A stretch of 64,000 bases of DNA from positions 1 to 64,000 of the forward strand of contig RDNZ01000008.1 of the NCBI GenBank assembly GCA_011364905.1. The letters are read 5' to 3'. Below are positions 19,601 through 28,600 of the stretch, piece by piece. The notes under the pieces were generated by a model that was not told the origin of the DNA, did not search any database, and saw only the letters and a list, made by a program, of their open reading frames with translations. The position numbers and the translations under genes are program-made. The stretch comes from Candidatus Thorarchaeota archaeon. GTDB taxonomy: Archaea; Asgardarchaeota; Thorarchaeia; Thorarchaeales; Thorarchaeaceae. Every line of letters begins with the position of its first letter. The stretch's first letter is position 1.

Positions 19601-22600
19601 TCATTTCTTAGCATCAAGATCCGCGTCGATACTTTTCAGGAGTTCATCAATTAGGGCACTAGGAAGATTCTTCGCTTGTTTCAGAATTGATGCGATTTCC
19701 TCTTGTGGTAAACCTCTTTGTTCAAGTTGTTCACGGAGATTTTCAATCTCAAGATCGCTCAATCGGTCCTCGAACTCCACCTCTTTAATTGGCACTTCAA
19801 GCTCTGTGTCTTCGATCGATTCGAGAAACGCCTGAATCTTCTCTCTCGGAGCTGTTTTTGCTTCCTCAATTATGGCGTCAATTTCCTGTTTCGGAACTTT
19901 CTTCCGGACCAATTCGGCGCGTAGGTCCTCTCGTTCCTTGTCTGATAACGTATCGACTTTCTTTCTGGGTTTTTTCTTGGTTTTTGTTTCTGGCTTTTTG
20001 AAGAACTCAAGAGCAAGTTCTCTTGGCAGCTCTCTGGCCTGCTCCATAATCGAATCTATTTCACGTTCACTTGCCTTTCGCTTGATCAACTCAGAACGAA
20101 GATCCTCTAACTCCTTTTCAGATAGATGTTCTACTTCTCCTTCTTCTATTTCTGGTTTCTTCCTAGGTGTGAAACCTTCCAGCAGCATCTGAACTACATC
20201 CTTCGGTAGATCTCTGGCTTGAGTGACGAATGACTCGATCTCATGAGATGGAATGCCACGTTTCTCTAGCTGCTCTGCCATTTCTGCTAATTCTATTTCA
20301 CGTAGTCGATGTTCAAAATCGAGACCAGTTTCCTCCTCTTCTGAGACCTCTGTATCTTCTTCGAGATCTTCATAGAGATCTGGTTTGGCTACGGTTGCAG
20401 CTCCCCCAATCCTCTTTCTTCTTTCTTCCACGACCTCGTCCATGACCTGCTCTACAGACTTGTTTTGAACCCCTGCAACCCTAATTGCCTCTTGCCCAAT
20501 TACCTCTCTCACAAAGCTAGTTTGTTGACTCATTTTCATCTTTGCAATCTCAAACTTGAAGTCGTCAAGCTCTTGTTGAGTCATTCCAGTGAGAATTGCA
20601 AGGTCAATAATCAGTTCATCTATTTCGGGGACTTCTATAATGATGGACTCTGCTGGTAGTTGAGAAGCTTTTCTCTTTATTCCAATTGGCTCATTCAATT
20701 CATTGAATAGTTCTGCAACGATGGCTTGTCTTGACCGCATACCCTTCGCTGGTTTTGGCACCTTATTCCTGCGTAGTCGTCGGACCTGACCACTGATTAT
20801 TCTAATTATCTTCGGCACCCTCAAAATCCTTACCCACAGGACACCGAAAAGAATCATGAAGATGATAAATGCACCACCAACTGTCATTACGAACCGTTGC
20901 GTAAGTTGTTCACTTGATGGGCTGACAGAGATCGAAAGCGCCACGTCATCAGCAACATAGTATGTCTTGTTGAAGTGAATTGTCACATCTGCAACACCAG
21001 TTCTATCCGTTGCTGTGACACGGAACAGATAGTAACCCTGGCGACTTTCATCCGGACCAAGATACTCGACCTTGGCAAATAGGGGTCCTTTATTATCTAT
21101 AGTAATCATGGCCTCAGTAATGCCCTCTGAAGGATGTCCTGGCCACGCGTCTGAATAATAGATCGAGAAAGTAGTGTTCATTCCCCAATGAAGCGATATC
21201 ACTTCTGGTCCCATGACCTCAAGATTCGTTTGAATCTCGATGATTTGAATATCGAAGTCAAATACTGCTGTAGTACGGTTTTCGAGAGCGAGTTGAATGT
21301 GAAACGATATCGTTAGATCCAAATCCCAGTCAAGTGTGTTAAAGACAAATGTGTAATTACCAAATCCTTGATCGGATAAAGTGAGTGGTTCTTCATAGAC
21401 ACCCCTTCCACTATAGAACGAACCATTGAAGATTCCATCAGGAATTCCCATTGCAGCGTAGGTGTCATTGTACAATAGTGTGATAGTTAGTATGTCTCCA
21501 TATGGGACTTGTAGATGTGCCCATGAGTCTCCGATTTGATATAATTCTGGTAGAAGAATTGAGATGTCAGTGGGGACTGGGGCAATATGAATTCTAATCG
21601 TTGTTTCCACATTATCATAGTTTGCCTTTCGGAATTCCATCGCAATGGTGTATGTACCTGGTCTCAATGTTGCTGTATCTATTGGGATGCCATAGACTCC
21701 TTCGCCAAGATAGGATGCACTGCCAACTCCTCCTGCCCAGGAGAACGTGAATGTATCTGCCTCCATGCCCTGGGCATGATAACTATCATAGTATGTAACA
21801 TTGACCAGCCCTGCCCATCCCCAATCAAATTCACCGGTTCCCGGTTGTATAATAATTGCCTCTAGATTCTTCACGAATATTGATGTGGAATTGTCTGCTC
21901 TCTCATAATCATCACTTGGTGCATTAGCAGAAATGATGAAGGTGTGCAGTCCAGTAATGTCTATGCTCGTATTGAAGTCATAGTAATAATATCCTGGTCC
22001 TCCTATTGATGCCCCATTCGTGAGTGTCCCATTTTTGGCGAGTTCTGGCGAGTTCCATGTCACAAAAAGCCCATCCAAACCTGTAGAAAATGGATATGAC
22101 GCGTTAAGGGCTGGAGCAAGAACATATACTCCAATTCTGACGACATCAGACCAATTGATAGGGTTGGATTCGTAAGCTGCAGTGATATTGTCGAACCAAA
22201 CGACCATCTGAATCTTTGATATCGCCATAATCAGCGTTGTCGATGCATCCGCGTAGTTTTGTTTTCCAGCATTCACATGAATCTGGTAACTTCCGAAACC
22301 AGCAGATCCAGTTGATATAAGAAATCTGTAGTATCCTGGTCTGCTTGGTATTTCTGTCAATGTGAGGTTGCCCTCATAATCCCACCACGCTGATACATAT
22401 GCTTCAGTCACAAGACTGTCATCAAGAGAGTCTCCAATATACACAATTACTTCTTCAGCATCTCCCTGGGAAACTGTGAAGACATAATTATTACCTTCTG
22501 GAATGACTTCCATGGGTCTTGGCAGTAACCTGAAAACTAGCTGCTCTGTAGCATCAATGTAGTTTGGTGCACTGCCTTTGATTACAACGATTATTGTATC

Positions 22601-25600
22601 AGATACTGTGCCAGAGCTAGTATCCAGAATTGCAGTGTAATTGCCGGGTACACCGGATGGGATGAATGGACCAACTCCACCATCCCAGTCAAATGTGATA
22701 GTTGCTAATGATACTGTCTGATTCCTCAATGTGTCATTCAAAGATGCGAAAATTGTGAGAGGTTCACCCCAATATACCTCATTTGTAGACCTTGGTCCAC
22801 TCCAGGCTATAATTAGGTTGGATGGGACTGCAAGGAGATTAATATCAACTTTCAACGTATTAATCGAATAATGCAAGAGATTTGCGCCCACAGTCAAAAT
22901 TTGCGAGCCATAGTTCAAATTGACTGTCTGAAGTGTCAGGTTATAGCTACCATTTCCAAGGTCATCATATGAGTTTGAGTCACTCCAAGTGAGATCGAGA
23001 GTGGCTCCAGCAAGTGGGCTATCGTTGTCATCAGAGTCAACAAGGTATATCATGACCGATGTGGCATAGCCTGCATAGTTTGCAGGAGCAACATCTGCTG
23101 AAAGTCCTGCAACTCTGTTCCTTAATCCAAACACTACAGCTGTCTGAGCGGTTTGATATTGAGACATAGCAATTGTCACATTTACTGTTTTCAGACCTGC
23201 ACTTATCGAATCCATCATGCTCAGAATAATGTTATATTGTCCACCACCTAATGCTTGGACAGTCCATGAGGATGGTTCCAGTCCTGATGGCTCGTATCTG
23301 ACTATTATCTGCCCTTCTGCTCCGTTTATTGGGACTGCATGGTCAGTATCATTGAATTGTATCACAAAAGAAACATCTTCATAAAATGCAACAACTGAGG
23401 GCGATGGCAATCCACTTGAAACAGATGTTTGAATTGCACGGACCACCCCATGTACCTCTGGTGAGCTGATATTTACATAAAATGGACTTACCAAAGCACT
23501 CCATTGTACTTCAATTGAGAATGTGAAAACGCCAATGCTTCCTAAAGAGGATGTGCTGATAAGAATTTCATACTTTCCCGAATCAATGCCTGTTCCCATT
23601 TGTACCCAATAGTCCAGTCCCTCAGCAAGACCCGGTACTTCAACACAATCGAGAACTATAGTTGCACCCTCTATTCCGTTTCTTTTCCTAAGATCAGTGT
23701 AGATCAAGTTTATACTCATTAGGTCTCCAATTGGCGTTTCTTCAATTTGACTTAACTCGACAGTTCCCACTCTGCCAACAGTGTTAACAAAGATTGAGAC
23801 TGCGTCATCCTTGTAATAAGGTGCTCCGCCAGTCCAACCAACCTGAATTGTTATGTTCCAGCTACTTACCAGGTTTGCAGCTATCACAGTAGAATTGATT
23901 TGTAGTCGAAATATTGAGCCAATTGGCTGAACCACATACTCACCAGATGCAAGAAGGATTCCTCCGCTGAATATCGTGATATCATTGAGAGAAACTAGCA
24001 CTCTTGCGCCCGTCGATATATCGACAAACGTAAAGTCCAATGTCACGTTATCAAGGTACCATGTCTGACCTGGTGGAAATACAATCTCAACATTTGATGG
24101 TCGCTCAGTGACAGGAATGTTGATTGCACGTAGTGCTTCGTTGTAGTAAGGCGATCCCGCAGACCAGTTGGCTGTAACCTGTATTGTTTTCACTCCTGGA
24201 ATTCCAAGAACTGATGTATCTATTGAGATTAGGTATTGACCTGGGCTATTCTCATTGATTATATAGTCGATGGATGGCTCAAGTAGTACCACTCCATAAT
24301 GGAGATAGATTGTTCCACCTGATATGCCTAAGGAGGTTGATGCATCCTTATACAGAATAGTGAAGTTTGCATAGTCCTGGTAAAGAGTTTGAGATGGTGA
24401 TGAAATCAAATCCAGACTTGTGTCGCGCTCCTTCATCTCGAAAGGCACAAGTATATCGTTCCAATCATAGAACGGTGCAGCAAATTCAGAACTGAAGTTC
24501 AACCAAAGATGATAGGTGCGTCCCAACTCGAGTGGTTGGTTATAGGTTTCAACTGTGAGGAGATAGTTCTGGTGTGAGGGTCTCCAGGAACAAGTGAATA
24601 GCCAATCTGTTCCATTAAGAATCTCTAGAGCTACTATAATTCCAGTATCGTTTCCTATCGGCAAAAAGGTGTCGAGGTCTTGATAATGCAAGACTATGCT
24701 GAAAGAGTTCTCATAAGGAACTGATGCAACAGGTTCCGCAGTCAACAGGGTGGATCGTGGACTGACAGTAAGGCTCTTTGTTCCACTTCTGCTCTGATAA
24801 TAAAACTGCTCAGATGAAGCTTCCACTCTCAATGAATAGAGTCCCGGTTGGCTGAAATACGATGTGTTCAGGTCCACACGATATTCTCCCGAACCTAAAT
24901 CTGTAACCTGAATATAATTGGAGGGAATCAAATCTACTCCAACATATACCTCAATCGTGGTGTTAAGAACTGCCTTGGAGGTTGAACCAGCAATATCAGT
25001 GTACGAAACAGTGAATGAAACATTGTTGCCGTATGGTGTGGCGGGAGGTGTAGGATAGGTCAGAATTGTCTGACGTTCCACTATCGTTATGCCGATGTTT
25101 CGTCCTGTTACGTTCGAATAGAATGGCAATCCACTCCAAGCAAGATTCAGTACTAGTGTTCTTGCTCCCAGTGGAGCTCCCAATTGACTTGTGTTGAATG
25201 AAACTTCATACAATCCTTCTAGGGAACTATAGGTCAGTGTGAAATCTGGTACATTTAGTGAAATCGTCATAACTGCGGGGTTGTAATCTATAGGGCTGGA
25301 TAAGCCTCCAGTCGTATCTTCATAAGTGAATGAGAATGTTGCATTTTCGCCAAAGGGCACATTGGTCGGAGGGATGACGGAGAGCGACGCAGTCCTAGGA
25401 AGGACTCTCACAGAAATCAAGTCAGTCCTGTTTGTGTAGAATGGAACCACACCAGCGGACCAGTTTATGAAAACTCTCATTGAAAAGATTCCAGTTCCTC
25501 CAACTATTGAATTGTTGAATCCGATTGAATACTCTCCTTTCCTGTTGACACTGTCTATCTCCCAAATGTCCACTATGGATAAATCAACGGAAGCGCCGAC

Positions 25601-28600
25601 AAACTCAACATTGATGAAGACGTTGGATGTGTCATTCGTAATTCCACCTGTAGATGGGCTAGAATACAGGAATGTATAGACCATATAATCAAGGCAAGGA
25701 GAGGGAAGAGCAGCTTCAATCAATGTTAGTTCAGTATCTGCTCCCAAAATTTCAACTACAATGGACAGGTATCTGTTCTCATACTTCTGAATACTTCCAG
25801 TCCAGTTGAAATAGACTCTAAGTTGTTGAATCCCAATGCCTCCAAACTGTGAGGCTGCAATCGATATAGTGTAATATCCATCGCCCCTGATTGAGTCATT
25901 ACCCCAATTAACCACCAACTGGTGAGTTGTATTCCAGACTGTGCATAGGACATCAGAAGAGGCAATTCCTTGTAAATGATCGCGATCACCATAGTAGACA
26001 GAAACATTGATTGTCCCATCCGAAGTCGTGTCCTCCACTGGTGACAAAAGTCGTAATTCTGTTGTTATTGTTCGAACGACGACCGTGACATTGAATGTAG
26101 CTGCTTCATATTCTGGCCCAGCTGCGAAGTCAAAGACTAGAAGATAAGATGTCAATGCATCGCTGTCATAGGTATGAATTGTGATACTATATCGATTAGC
26201 CACCCAAACGATGTCAAAATGAGCCGGTGTCCAACTGCAGTTGTGATTCAGAGTGAAGATTGGTAGGTTATGATCCATATCAGTATAATCGACATAGAAA
26301 GTTCGAGAGTCACCCACAGGTATTTCCAGCGCACTAATAGTAGCAGTGGCATAAGTTCTAATTTGTCGTATCTGAATGTCAATAGATATGGTCTTGTTCT
26401 CATAGGTTAATGCAGAAGCCTCAAAAGTCACACTATATGTTCCAATACCCCAAGAGGACGTGTTGAGCGTTACCCGATATCTTCCACTACTTATCAGTTG
26501 TTGACCGAGAATATCTGCTCCTGTCACATAAACAGTTGCTGTGTCAATTCCAATGCCTCTATCCAAATCAACAAACTCCAAGGTGACAATCGCATTTGTA
26601 CTGTAGGATATTGTAAGAAGGGGATAATCTGGAGAAGTCAAATCACTTTGAGCTTGCGTGAATTGAAAACTAATGATAGGCGTTTGTGTGTTGGAGTAGT
26701 TCTCTGATATTCCAAAGACTAGGAAAACCCGTATACCATAGGCGCCTCCCGCGAAATATAAGTGATCGAGAGTTAATACGTAAGTTCCTGAAGGTTGAGC
26801 TGAGAATGTTTTGATGGTGTAGACAGTCCCATTCTTATCCCTGATGATGAAGTGACTCTGTAAAAGACCATTCACGGGTGTATCGTCATATATTGAACTT
26901 GAGTCATTTACAGTCACATGAGTCGTTATCTCGAAGTCATCTCCGATTGGAAAAACATCAATGTCATCCCAAGAGAGGACAACGGCTAGCTTCTGGATCC
27001 TCAACAGTATCGACGTCGTCCCATCATAGAAGTACCTCGGAGAAGTTGTAGCGAGGATTGTAATGTCAATTACATAGGTGCCTAATGTCCAATCCTGAGA
27101 GTCGATGAGGACCTGAAGTGAACCAAAAGATGCAGACCCACCAGCCCACTCAGCCAAAACGCTAGACAGATTTCCTGATATTGCGGCATTTCCAGCGTCA
27201 CGGTCTAGTAATTGAAGAGTGACGGTGGCATTGGACCCCATGGATATAGTGCCATCATAGGAAGCCACTACGGTTGTCCTATGCGGTCTTACAGTTACTG
27301 CCACTGTGATTTGGGCTGGTTGATAATTAGTCCCATCGATTGTGAAATTGAACAAATAAACTCCAACGTCATAGGAATCAACTTCGATTTGGACCGAGTA
27401 TCTCCCATCAAGAAGGTCTGCGTATTGGAACACTCCATCACCAAGTAGTGTTCCTCCAATTATCCCCGCATCACTGTGATCAGTATCCAGCCAATTGAGT
27501 GTGATACTCGCATTACGTCCCCAAGGTACGCTGACTGGATTTACCTCGATCTGAACGAGGTCTGTCTTTATCTCCCTATAGCGGAATACAACATCAACTG
27601 AACTTCCTATCACAAAGCTTTGAGCTGGAACTGCATTTATTGTATAGCAATGTGTTCCGAAGCTCGAGCCTGTTGAAACCAGGCTGACAAGATACGTACC
27701 GTTGTTATAGTCTGTAACACCATTAATCGTACCATTTGATGTGAAAGATGCCCCATCGTAACCCGCTCTGGTAATTGCATCTTCAAGCTCCACTTTGACA
27801 CTAAAGTCATCACCATAGGGCGTTGAGGGGGGTGTCTTGAAAGATAGAATAGTGTTGCGTGAAAGTTCCAAATCAAAGAAAGTTGTTGCATCTATCAGGT
27901 ACTGATGGCTCGAAACGATATTGATTCTCCAATTTCCAGGTTGATTGAGGTCCGAGGTGTTGAGAGTCTTCCCATAGATGCCGTTACCATAGTCTTCCAA
28001 TTGAATCTGTGTTTCGGCTCCCGAGATACTCCAGTTCATTGCAACTTTAGAGCCCGCCACATCTTGGGAAGTTTCAGTATTTGTCAGTTGAACTTCGACT
28101 TTGAGAAGATCTCCTGCAGTCCGTACTGCCACACCATCTCCAACTGCGTCTGTGGGTGATAATAGACTAAGTGACGATGCATGTTTGACGGTGAACAATC
28201 TGCTATACCTTCCAACGCGTTCTGGACTTGAATCAGCTGTGTTATTGAAATCGACATGAACCTCCCAGAGCCCATTTGGCCATGCACTTGTCACACTTAT
28301 TCCAGTCCATTCAAACTGACCACTTCCATCCTGAGTAAGATCATCTGTGCTGTAAAAGAGCTGACCACTTGAATCAATCAAAGAAAGCCGCATTGCGGAC
28401 CCAGGAATCATCGTAGCAGTTCCTCGGAATTTTGCAGAGTCTCCAATTTGCAGTGCTACAGAGTTTCCATATGCCCCCGCATTCGCGCCACACTCAAGAT
28501 TTGTGATCTCATTGGAGGATGAGAACATAAATGTCCAAACTCCGTACACGTCAAGCACTGAAGAGGGCACCATGACCTGTAAGCTTGTAGCAGTGACGTA

